Assembly: GCF_001194135.2 (NCBI RefSeq)
Contig: NC_068982.1
Coordinates: forward strand, 93,791,252 to 93,855,251
DNA from: Octopus bimaculoides
Lineage: Eukaryota
Direction: 5' to 3'
Length of the DNA stretch: 64,000 nt
The notes beneath the pieces were generated by a model that was given only the letters and a program-made list of their open reading frames with translations, ran no database searches and was not told the DNA's origin. The position numbers were made by a program, and so were the translations under genes. The stretch's first letter is position 1. Each line of letters begins with the position of its first letter. Positions 24,747-36,560 of this stretch are shown here, piece after piece.

Positions 24747-25332
24747 TTAACCTTTAAGCAATTAAACTGGCCATATCTGGTCCAAATACTCATGTTTTAT
24801 GTTCAAACCAACCAGATTTGGCCTCTCATACTTATCCTACAATGTCATTCTAAAAATAAAAAAACACTTATAGGCACAGGCATGCCTGTGTGGTAAGAAG
24901 CTTGCTTTCCAATCATGTGGTTCCGGGTTCTGACCCACTGTGTGGCACCTTGGGAAAGTGTCTTTTTACTATAGCCTTGCAAGTGGATTTGGTAGATGAA
25001 AACTGAAACCTCATTGTGTGTGTGTGTGTGTCTGTGCCCCCCCCCCCGTCATTGCTTGACAACCGATGTTGGTGTGTTTACATCTCTGTAACCTAGTGCT
25101 TTGGCATCAGAGATTGATACAATAAGTACTAGGCTTACAAAGAATTAGTCCTGGGGCGAATTTGTTCATCTAAAGGCAGTGCTCCAGCATGGTCGCTGTC
25201 AAATGACTGAAGCAAGTAAAATAAAATAAAAAAACATCATTGAAATATCAACATTACAACATAATGCATTCATTCAAAACAATGTAAATAAATAAGCATT
25301 ACATTTGAATAATCTGAATGCTGAAGGGTTAA
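24747..25332. mobile_element. TTAA MITE family B interrupted by a family-1 SINE
   Basis: TTAACCTTT…AAGGGTTAA termini; the two halves match the uninterrupted copy at 47298-47499. Confidence 0.8.
24867..25222 (+). mobile_element. Family-1 SINE nested in MITE, 14-bp TSD AAAATAAAAAAACA
   Basis: Collinear with 16357-16780; TSD at 24853-66 and 25223-36. Confidence 0.85.
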
Positions 25333-28300
25333 ACATAAAAATATACTTCTCTTAACTAAATTATTTCATTCCTGCTGAGTTTCAAATAGTTATATATAAA
25401 TTAGCTTGCCTGTTTGCCAACCTAATCAGTATTTTTTTATGTAGATGTAATTTGCAATCTCCCTATACAATGTCAGTGGACTTTGATAATGATTTTTGTT
25501 AGAAACCATTATGGTTAATCTAACACCTATGTTGCTTAGCCAATATGTTCAGTATGTTTCAGTATTTTGATGCAATAAATTTAACATGTAACACTAGTTA
25601 ATAGAGAAAATACTAAAAGGTGAATCTGGTTTTTCTTTTATAATGAAATAAGTAAGTCTGTTGTTCAGGCCAGTCCACTCCTAGAGTAATTACAAATTCT
25701 TGGTAACGCAATTTATGGTTTGATCTACAAAGGTTGTAGTAAATGGTTTTCACAACAGGCTGAATAATTTAGTTTAGGTTTTAGGTTATATCAACAACTG
25801 CAGTATAATTTCTGCCAGCAGTAATGTATCATATAGACTATCTTCTAATTTTACTTTTACAAATGTGTTGCTCTTATCCAATTATGAGAAAAATTAACAT
25901 TTGATTCAAGATGAAATTTGTACCATAATAATAAAGCAAGGCATATTGTAAAGGAAATTTTTTATTTTATTCATCTTTGATTTTTGTGAGAGTTATATCA
26001 TGTTTACAGTTAGTCAGACTTACAAAGATTTTTAGAGTTTTAATCTAAAATGTTAAGTTTTCCAGGGTTCAGTTAGTGTGTCCAACTCTTATTGTATTTT
26101 TGATTTTTTTTTTCTTTGCTATGAGTTTGTGTTTAATGTTGTTGACAAATGGACATCTCTTCTAACCAAATTTTGATGATCTGAAACTCCTTGTATCCCA
26201 TTGATTTCTTTTAATATATATATATATTTTGCCATTTTTTTTCTCTTTCCTTGCAGGTTATTTGCAACACTGCCTCTCCACATGTTTTCTATCTTCCTCC
26301 TTTTCTAATTGTGATTACTACTCTCCTTGTAATCCCCTTCCTCACACTTGTTTTATTTCTCTCATGGTATCTACCCATTAACATTAACTAAAACTTTTTC
26401 TCTTTTACAGGATACCTCCTGCAGGCTAACTGAGCCTACTTCCAAGTTTTCTTGTGATTCCTCATTTATTCACAATCTATCCATAGTATACCCCTTACTA
26501 ATTCTACTGCTGTGTCATCTCATTTCATTTATCCTCGATTTCTTCTCCCACTAATTACTCATAAGTTCCACACTGCGATTTACTTTTTGCTAGTCATCAC
26601 CAATATTTGTACTTCTTGCTGGCACTCTTCAAAATAATTGCTTTCAAATTTGGCAGATTTTATTAAATCTTAAATTAAACATCGTCAGAAGGCTTTAGGC
26701 ACTGCACTTCATAGTGCATCAAGTGATAAACATCTCAGTAAGGAAAAGTTTTCAGTTTTGAAAATTACAAATGATACATGAATACTAATAAGACATTTCT
26801 TGATTAATGTAAATGCTACTTTGTATATGTTCATCAAAAAAAAAAAGAAAAGATTCCATCTATTTATTTTATATATTAGCTTTCCTTGGACAATGTATAA
26901 AGTATTATTTCAATTAATTCTTTTTATAATGTTTCATCCGCTACCATGTGTAAATAAATACATTTCAATCTAGATTTTAATTCAAACTTTTAATGCAGCT
27001 TCCCAATTTTTAAAATTGTTAAAGCATCGTAGTCTCTAGAGAGCTCTAATTGCATAATTAATTATTTTTTTTTTAAATCTATGTTGGGTGTTATTCATTA
27101 TGAAATTAAAGTTGCATTGTTAATTCAACTGGTAATTTACCTGTTCATGTTATTGGCCACTTTGAAAAATATCAACTGCTATTATACACAGTTTTAAGAT
27201 ATCGTATTTGTATGGATTATCCTACTTAATCATTTTATATCTTCATTTTATTTTCACTTTTCCAATTTATAATTGCTCAAGCATTGAGATTGCAATAACT
27301 GTGTTGTATAAAGAAAAGATATGTTAGCAGTGCTTAATTCCTTCTGAAATCAACAATTAAAAACTCACTTTACATTTTTACAGTTTTTTTTCTAATACTG
27401 AATTTGCTTTTGGAGAAGACACAATTTGATTTTCCCATCAATAAAAATTGGAAGATTTAAACTATTTCTCCTTAAGTCATCTGTTCAGTTTGAGGGAACC
27501 ATAAGTGTGCTAGGCTTGTATAATATATAGGTATATTGCTAAGAAACACCTGAAAGCTTGCTTGATTGCCATGAAACCTGCAACTCTATTATATGCTATT
27601 AGTATGTAATGTAACATCTGATAGTTAGCATGTTAGTAAACAGATGAAATATTTTAATTGTCAGTAACAGCAGGGAATGAACCAAATATTTTCCTTCTGT
27701 TCCATATGTTGGACTATTTTTGATTCTGCTAGCTTTTATGCATGCATTTTCTGCAATTCAGTTGTCTCCTTTCAGTAACTGGTAATTAGTAAAAAAATTT
27801 AGTCATATAAAAGACTTACCATATGTCATTAGGGCAAGAACATGAAACCAGCAAGTGGTACTAATATTGTGGCAAATCAATTGTATGCTGTTAATTTACC
27901 ACCAACCAAATATATTCAATTATAAAATACTTTCTTTCAGTCTTTTTATTGTTTTACTTCTTCAACACAGTAGTGTAGCATCATTTTAGCCATTACTCAA
28001 AAGTGAAACCCCACCCACCTACCCACCACTTAAATTTTTTTTTTAACTATCTATTTTATATCTAGTTTATGAAACAGTTTTATGTACATGTCACTTTTAA
28101 GTAATGGTATAAATTTATGTTACGATCCAGTTTTTGTTACTTTTGACCTGAAGGGAAAATAAGGTTGTTTCTCCATATTGCCATAGATTGTAAATATATA
28201 ATTATAAACATAAAGTATACTTTAGATAGAAATTTTTTTTCTTGAGTGGAAAACTTGACAAAATTCCTTGTAATGTTTTTGTTATTTTGAGTTAAAATCC

Positions 28301-28809
28301 TGCTGGGGTTGACTTTCAGCTGACAGGACTCAGTAAAAGCCAAGAATTCAGTTTTTTTTTTTTTCTTCTTCTAGCTCTGGTTTATTTTTACTGATCAGAC
28401 ATTCCAACCATAACCATCCCATTTTTGATCTTTCAGACAGTGAATCTATGGTCTCTCTCTCTCTCTCTGAGCTGATGGGGGCTGATGTGAATTAAATTAA
28501 GCTATTTGGAGCAGGTTGAGGGACTATTTGAGGTTCTTTATTTAGATTGTTAGTATACCAGTCAAGTGCTAAGGTTTATTAAGTAGACACACATCTGTCA
28601 CAAAATTTGTGACTTTGTACCAGATTGAGAAACCCTGTTATATGTGAGGGAATCTTCTGTCAAATACAATGTATGAATATTCAATTTTTGTTAAATGACC
28701 TGCACAGATAATTTCTTTATATTGATGAAATGTATGTGCTGTACATTAGCTCACTCACTCCTATCAAATTTACGTTGCCTGAACAGGTGCACATTGTACC
28801 ACATGTCAG

Positions 28810-28945
28810 ATTTCACAGTGATTGCTGAGCAATATGAGACAAAGTGTTTTGCTCAAGAACAAAATGCACTACCCAGTCCAGAAAATGAAACCACAATCTC
28901 ATGATTGTGAGTACAGCATCCTAACCATTAGGCCATGCACCCTCA
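28810..28945 (-). mobile_element. tRNA-derived SINE head fragment
   Basis: The reverse strand reads gcatggcctaatggttaggatgctgtactcacaatc…ttcttgagcaaaacactt, similar to 41380-41690. Confidence 0.55.
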
Positions 28946-31900
28946 CTGTTATCTGTCTATCCATTTACACACACACACACTTGTATGTATGTATATGTAT
29001 AAGCAACCATAATCTTACGAATGTAAAGAGGCTAAATAAAGCATGTCCTTGTAACCATGATATTCCAGTGGTCTGATGAGCTACCTTTCTTCATCTGCAA
29101 TGGTTTGTGAATGTACGATTGTATAATGTATAGCATGTATAATTATATGAACATGTAAACAATTTATGATACGCTGAAATTGATTATTGCATTAAGAAGG
29201 CTGTGAAATGGCCAGTCGAAGAATTCTTTTTGTCTCCAAGATGAGAGCAAAATGGCTGTGATGTATTAAATTCTTTGTAACATTTAGTGACCTTTTCTTT
29301 CAAGATGAAATCCAACCAAAACTGACTTTCCTTTCCAGTACACTTTAGCCAGAAATTATCAGTAATATACACTTCCCTGACAAATTTGTAATAATTTCTA
29401 TACTGTAAATATATGCTAATAAGTGATTTGTCCGTATACAGTAATAATGGCAATCTTTCGGAAGAAGGAACAAAACTAAATGTCCAGCCTTGTTCTTCTC
29501 TGTATTCAAAGCTTAACTCCCTTTGGAGATGGTTTTTTCATGTGGATCTTAATGTAAACAACTATGAACATAAGNNNNNNNNNNNNNNNNNNNNNNNNNN
29601 NNNNNNNNNNNNNNNNNNNNNNNNNNNNNNNNNNNNNNNNNNNNNNNNNNNNNNNCCCAACACATACAAAAAAGTCTCAAAAATAATCACCCAAGGCCCT
29701 ATGTAGGAAGTTGGGCCTTCAATAAGCTAATATTACATGCTTTGATGTACTAAACTTTTTTCATGAATATGCATTGCTAAAATTGGGTAGTACCTAATGT
29801 GCCTGTGTCTTTCATGCCATCAAATATGGTAGCATATTTAATCAGTCACACCCTCAACCTCAGAATTTGTGGATTGGACTCCTTATCAGAAATCATTATC
29901 TTCATATAATTTGAGACCAAAACATTTAGAATAACTATTATTGTCCTTTCAGGTCACTTTGTATTTTAAGAATTTTCTAATATTTTCTTTTCAATTTAAA
30001 AAATTTTCTTTTTTTCTTTTAAGTCAATCTTTATTGTTTATTTCTTAATGTATAGTGCAAATTTCATCTATTTCTGAATTGTTTCCGTCACATTGTTGAA
30101 AATTTTCATCTTTGGGTACATTGAATACATTAGCAAGCAATGAAAATGAAGCTTTATCCTTTCAGCAATTGATTCATCAAAATTAATGCTTTTAGTATAT
30201 TAGATTTACATCACATAACATTGATTTCAACATGTTGAATGTAATCCAGTGTTAGAGAATTTGCATTTTTCCTTTCTTTTTTTTTTTTTTAACTCATGTT
30301 TAAGAAACCAAACTAACATTATCCAGGAGATTTAAAAACGGAATTAGTTCAGTGTAGGACTCTTCCCTCGGGCTTATTGGATTGGAGTGTTGCCTATTTT
30401 TTTCATATTTTATGGAAGTATTCTCCTCTTTTCAGAACAGCTACCATTTCTCATAATTCTTCAGTGTTGCCGATTGCCCATAGCGCTTGATCTGCTGTCA
30501 CCCACAAATCATAATTCGTATTAAAACACACACACACACATTCTCTATCTCTTTCTCTCTCTCCCCCCCTCTCTCTCTGCTGTATTTTACATTTTGTTCT
30601 GTAATTCTAGATTTCAATTAATCACTGAAGTAATCTTCCTAATGTTGATACATTGATATTGTCCTTATTGCTCTCTTCAAATAAATGGTATTTGAGCTAA
30701 AACCTTTGATCAAGATTAATAGCATCATGCAAATTCTTGAGGAGGTAGATGGTGGAGATTATGTATTTAATCAACCATTGCGCCTATTTCACTATCTGTA
30801 TGATTATAGAATAAGTTACCCGTCTTATTAGTCGACAGAATTTTAGTCAAGATTAATCTTAGTAACTTTGTCAGTGATTCAGTGACATTTGCTAACTTGT
30901 TTGTTGAGTGCAACCACATAAAATATCAAGTCACAGGAAATATTTAGCTGTGGCATCTCCAAAATTCTGCTTTGTCGTTCTTCTTGGTACCCTCTGATAG
31001 AACTTCAGTCCATGGTCCTTGACTTGTATTCCAATACTTTAATATTTCCATTTTATCGCATGGGTTTAAGTTCTTCTGTTTTCAGTCGTCAGATTCTCTC
31101 ATCTTGGCAAGTAAAAATGTAAACTAGAAGTAATGGAGCAGACTATTAAATCATAGGGAGAAACCAAAACCATTTTGAAATTCATAAAGCATTTGGGCAA
31201 ATAAAATCTTTTGACAAAGCTAGCTTAAATGACATGCACTAATCTTATTTTAGTAATTTGTTCTTGCTCATTGGTTTGAAATATTTAATATGCAGGTTGT
31301 TTATATTCAAAAGACATATTCACCAATTTCAAAATTTATTTCTAGTTTGTCTGAGTTGTTTTAGTTAAGTCTCAATATAAACATGTACCAGACTATTTTT
31401 TTAAAGAAAAATAGTTTAGTCTGCTATTTATCTATATTGGTTCATCCTTATGATGTAAGTCATGAAAGTATTCTTGTGTTGTGGCTATATAAAACCTATT
31501 TGATTTCTGTCTTGTGGAAAAATTTTGGAGGAAATGAGTGAACCATGGCAGTTATTGTATATGTTCCTATGATTTAGTTGTCATTTAACTCTTGTCCTCA
31601 TTAGCTTTTGAATGCCTATGATTAAAGGCATCCTAGCTGATATTATCTTGCTTCCCTGTCTTCCTGAGACGTAGTATACCTGAGAGTACATTGCATGATG
31701 CGTATTTTTGTTTTTTTTTATGGTGGAGCATCATTTAGTTTCTATTTCTTGCAAATTTCTTTGCTGGCTCTGGCTGTTTAGTTGTAAATTTGAGAACTAA
31801 GTGACATTGTCTATTACTGGCAAGTAATAGTTTATTGTATTGATTTAGTCAGTTGTCTGTACCATCTTTACTGTATGTAATAGAATTTATGAAGATGTCT

Positions 31901-32905
31901 ATTGTAAAAAAGAAAAAAAAAGAGTAATTGCTTTAACTTTCATATAAAATTTTTGTTTTCCTTATTTAATTTTAAAACCTATCTTAAAGCTTTCTGCATT
32001 TAAAGAATGAGTTAGACATGTGAAGGTTATTTATCATTGGACTATTATCCTTATTTCAGATGCTTCAGCTTAATACCCTATTTTCAGATGTTTCTTAAAA
32101 TGCTGTTTATATATAAACTTGGTGTAAACTGATACTGGAGAATAATTACATAAGAATTTAAATTTAACTCTGCAAAACATTGACGTAAGAGTTGATTAGA
32201 TTTCTCTGTTGAATATGTATCTTGTTCAAAAAAAAAAAACTGATACACTTGAGCATTGTTTAACAGTTTTAAGACATGTGGGTTTTGTGTGTTTGTGTGT
32301 GTATCTGTTAAGATATATATTTTTTTTAATGGGAATTTATATTGCTCTCCAAGTTAGCATTTTTTTTTTTATAAATATTTTATTGGTGGATCCTTGGTCA
32401 ATTGAATGATTATTTTCCCTTTCATGGTTAAAAGGGTTTCTGTGGTTATTTCATAGTCTCTCTTTTCTTCAGTTGCCCTTGTACAGTTTTACAGATTTTC
32501 ATTTCAATTACGTAATATACATGATATTTTTGGTTAAGTATTCTCATTAAAGAAGGAATCTAAAGTGTGATATTACCTAACTATAGGTTTGTATATGAAT
32601 ACAAGAAATTAAGATAGATATTGACTTGGCATTTGAGAAAGAATGTTTCTTCATCTGGCTCAGACTGACTATTGATGATAAACTCTCATTCTTGTTTTCT
32701 ATGAATTGTGGGTCTGAAATAATTAAGGACTGAAAAGTAAATGCACAAATATATGGGGCTTTAGCATTTGTAATTTATTTATATTTAGAAATAGAGGAGG
32801 AATATATGGATAATTTCTTATTTTTAGGAGTTTACTCATTAGTTCTATCAACATCATCATATGATAATAAAAATCTTTAGAAATCAAACCTGTCATTTCC
32901 ATGTA

Positions 32906-32963
32906 GATTGTTTTGCTCTTTTGGGGAAGACATGGATTGTTTTGCTCTTTTGGGGAAGACATG
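32906..32963. repeat. 29-bp tandem duplication
   Basis: GATTGTTTTGCTCTTTTGGGGAAGACATG occurs twice. Confidence 0.9.
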
Positions 32964-33150
32964 ATTGCCAAAACTACTTCATTTTTTAAATCCTGTAACC
33001 CAAGTTTCTAATTACGTTAAATTATCATAAATCACCTTTTCCAAGCATATGCCATCTGAAAGAAGCACTTATATGCCAAACAACCAGATCAAGAGATTTT
33101 GCATTATACAGATTTGTTATGTCTCCAATTATTTTAAATTTAGAATTTTT

Positions 33151-33674
33151 AATATAGATTGTTATACATTATTTACAATGGACGAAAAGATGTCCTCACC
33201 TTGTTTGTTGTTACCACATTTTGGTTGATGTACTCTCCAGCCTTCATCAGGTGTTCTGGTGGAATTTCAAACCCAACCCTTCATTTGACTAATGGGGTAC
33301 TCTGTTCTCATTCCTAAGGTGATGTTATTTTTTTCTGTTGATGTTATTTCACAAGTCCCTGCCTGGGATTGAAGCATAGTGGATAAGGGCACGGGCTACT
33401 AACCCTCAGAGTCTGAGTTCAATCCCAGGCAGGGACTTGGGAAATAATATAAACAGAAAAAAATAATATCAGCAAAAACAGAAACCTTAGGAACAAGAAC
33501 AGAGTACCCCATTAGTCAAATAAAGGGTTGGGTTTGAAATTCCACCAAAACACCTGATGAAGGCTGGAGAGTACATCAGCCAAAACGTTGTGGTAACAAC
33601 AGACAAGGTTAGGACACCTATTTGTCCATTGTAAATAATGTACATAACTCCTCATCTCAAAAATATAGATTGTT
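33151..33674. mobile_element. Fold-back retroelement: tRNA-like Pol III head plus hammerhead-like motif, ~215-230-bp inverted arms, 13-bp TSD
   Basis: Arms 33161-33373 and 33418-33648 with a 44-nt loop; AATATAGATTGTT at 33151-63 and 33662-74; CTGATGA-A-GGCTG…CAGCC-(G>A)AAACGTT motif at 33554-33589. Confidence 0.85.
33549..33594 (+). ncRNA. Degenerate minimal type-I hammerhead ribozyme motif (G12>A)
   Basis: Stem I aacac/gtggt (imperfect), core CUGAUGA, stem II ggcug/cagcc, AAAACGUU with palindromic ACGU helix III. A mirror copy lies on the - strand in the left arm. Confidence 0.6.
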
Positions 33675-35012
33675 GTATTCTAATTTCATGTTAACCTTTA
33701 TTGACATCGTTGGAATTCTGTTTTTGTTAAGTTATTTAATACACTCAGTTTTATTTTTCTAATATTTTTTTAGTTTGTTAATGCTAAATGACACAAAAAA
33801 CATTAATACTATTCACCTATATTTGTCTACACATGCATACACACATTTGATTGTGTTGCTGTTTGATTATCTATGTTTTGCATTAGCATATCTTGAATCC
33901 TTCACATAATCTTAGAGACTACAGGTGTAGGCATTTCTTTGTGCTGATATGTGTTAGGATAGTTGTGTAAGTTATATATGTTGAATGTTGGAGCCAAAAT
34001 TTAGCAGTTGGATTTCTTTTCTAACCAATTCCATTCAGTGGAAGACAGGCTGAATTCACTAACATCGCCTTTTTAACTTTAGAGACAGGCTGAAAGAAAT
34101 TTCAGTTGATTGCAAAATAGACACAAATGTGAGAAAAACTTGCTTTCGGTACAAATTTGTCTCCATGCTAAATAAATTTTGAAACAGATTTAGATATTTC
34201 TATAACACATAATTTACTCAGTTATTATTGTCATTGTAACTATTACAATCTCATTGTAGAGTTAGTATTTGACTTATTTAAACTTATCATCAAAGCAATT
34301 TCTTATAATGAATCTATAATTTCACCTTTTTTTTTTTTCTAGAAGTGTTCTCAATTTCATAATCACAAACTGTTAATCTTTCAGCTAATTTGACAATCCA
34401 CCAAATCTTTTTTTAATTTCTTTCTTTTCTTACCTGCTCTGGTGCTAGGTGGCACTAAAATAGAATATTCACTACCTTGCAGAGAGTACATTATCTCCCC
34501 CACCACTACCTATAATTAAAATCTCCATATATTACCATGTCTCAATGCTTGTCTTATCAAATTGATGTGGTTAAATTTATATATGAATTATGGTATTTTA
34601 TATTTTCTCAATCTGAATTGACAAAAATATAGTTTTTTTTTTTTTCATAGGTAAAGTTTTATTTCAAAATAAACCTAAGGGGTTGTGACCCACTGGTGTA
34701 GTGCAATGAAGTTGTGTAAAAATAAACACAAAAAATTCACTCCAAATTCAGAAAATGATTTCCCAGATACACTTTTTAAATATTTGAAAAAGTACTTTGA
34801 ATTTCCTTAAATCTTACCTTGTCTTGCTCTTCTACATTTTTACTATTTTCGGTAATAACAGATGATTTTGTTTATCTGGTATAGACTAAATGCTTGTTTC
34901 TTTTCTTTTCTACAAACAGCTTAATATTAAAGAGCATACATTATCACATAAATTTCATTTCCTTATTCTATTCAGTTCCTGACGAATCATTTCCTCTGTG
35001 GCATTATGTGTA

Positions 35013-35049
<37 letters not shown>

Positions 35050-35147
35050 AGTAAATAGTGGGGTTGTGTTAACCGCACGTGGAGAAATAATAGGAAAATG
35101 AAAAAAAAAAGGCAGAATGCTAAACTGGAAGCATATTTTAATAAAGA

Positions 35148-35187
35148 TTTCTAACCGGTTTTCATTGTGAAGCAAATTATCAAGAAG
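35148..35187 (-). ncRNA. Hammerhead-like motif, U3-A8 core variant (Penelope-like pLTR fragment)
   Basis: The minus strand reads uuc-UUGAUAA-uuugcuucacaau-GAA-AACCGGUU-A-gaa: palindromic helix III and a short stem I. Confidence 0.5.
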
Positions 35188-35793
35188 GAGAATGAAAATG
35201 ATTTTTTACAAAGAAGTACAAAATGAAGAAAATAATATAAAAAAAATAATATATAAAAAAATAAATATACCAATACANNNNNNNNNNNNNNNNNNNNNNN
35301 NNNNNNNNNNNNNNNNNNNNNNNNNNNNNNNNNNNNNNNNNNNNNNNNNNNNNNNNNNNNNNNNNNNNNNNNNNNNNNNNNNNNNNNNNNNNNNNNNNNN
35401 NNNNNNNNNNNNNNNNNNNNNNNNNNNNNNNNNNNNNNNNNNNNNNNNNNNNNNNNNNNNNNNNNNNNNNNNNNNNNNNNNNNNNNNNNNNNNNNNNNNN
35501 NNNNNNNNNNNNNNNNNNNNNNNNNNNNNNNNNNNNNNNNNNNNNNNNNNNNNNNNNNNNNNNNNNNNNNNNNNNNNNNNNNNNNNNNNNNNNNNNNNNN
35601 NNNNNNNNNNNNNNNNNNNNNNNNNNNNNNNNNNNNNNNNNNNNNNNNNNNNNNNNNNNNNNNNNNNNNNNNNNNNNNNNNNNNNNNNNNNNNNNNNNNN
35701 NNNNNNNNNNNNNNNNNNNNNNNNNNNNNNNNNNNNNNNNNNNNNNNNNNNNNNNNNNNNNNNNNNNNNNNNNNNNNNNNNNNNNNNNNNNNN

Positions 35794-36082
35794 TATAAAA
35801 AAGAAGTTTGAAAACACCACTATATAAGATAAATTTTAATTTTCTCAGATATTTTGCATGTTTCGGTTCTTCTTGAAAAAACAAACCTTATCAAAAATAC
35901 ATATTTTAAAAAATGTAATTAAAAGAAAAGTTCATAATTCTTACTTTTTTCTAATTACATTTTTAAAAATATGTATTTTTGATAAGGTTAATTTTTTTTC
36001 AAGAAGAACCAAAACATGTAAAATATCTCTGAGAAAATTAAATTTATCTTATATAGTAGCGTTTTCAAACTTCTTTTTTATA
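35794..36082. mobile_element. AT-rich fold-back (~128-bp arms, 30-nt loop) carrying a U3-A8 hammerhead-like motif in each arm
   Basis: 35794-35921 is the reverse complement of 35952-36082 with several substitutions. Right arm: uauuu-UUGAUAA-gguu…aacc-AAAACAUGUA-aaaua. The left end is cut by the gap at 35278-35793. Confidence 0.8.
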
Positions 36083-36150
36083 AATATATACCCACTTGTA
36101 TGCCACCTACACTTTTTATCAATGTATATATATATATATATATATAAAAC

Positions 36151-36560
36151 CTATGCCAGCATGGAAAGCGGATGTTAAATGATGATGGTAGACAACATCT
36201 AGATTTTGATGTCATTTTGTAATATTGTGGAATCCAGATTCACTTACTTCACTTTCACATACAAGAAAATTTCTCCTGATAAGCAAATTTTTATAAGTTG
36301 TGATAGCCTCCACTTCACCTATCATCAGTTTGTTGCCTCTTTCCCTATATAGTTGCTGCTTCTCAGAAGTTGCTTGTGCTACACTATTAAATACCTGGTA
36401 CACATATATTTTCTTCCTAACGTTGTTACTGTCATTTTCGTCATCATACACTCTACATAAACAGTTTTCTTAATCTTTCAACTTTCTCTTCACCTTACCT
36501 ATGTGTTCACATAAAGGATTAACATAGGCACCAACTTTATCTGCCATTCTCTTGTACAGA
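36151..36560. mobile_element. RTE-like tail (+) abutting a decayed LINE endonuclease fragment (-)
   Basis: atgccagcatggaaagcggatgttaaatgatgatg at about 36152-36187. The minus-strand ORF 36212-36451 contains …KIYVYQVF…ATSEK, loosely resembling the APE 'QVYAPT' region. Confidence 0.4.

Noticed and set aside
26257-26420. Strong-looking acceptor ttctctttccttgcAG followed by an open frame
   Set aside because: The downstream sequence is pyrimidine-rich, hydrophobic-coding and resembles antisense decayed LINE. It has no good donor or MYPT-like content.
33374-33430. tRNA gene (Ser-like)
   Set aside because: No acceptor stem can be formed and it is fused to a repeat body. It is a SINE head, as are the heads at 16357, 13344 and 24867.
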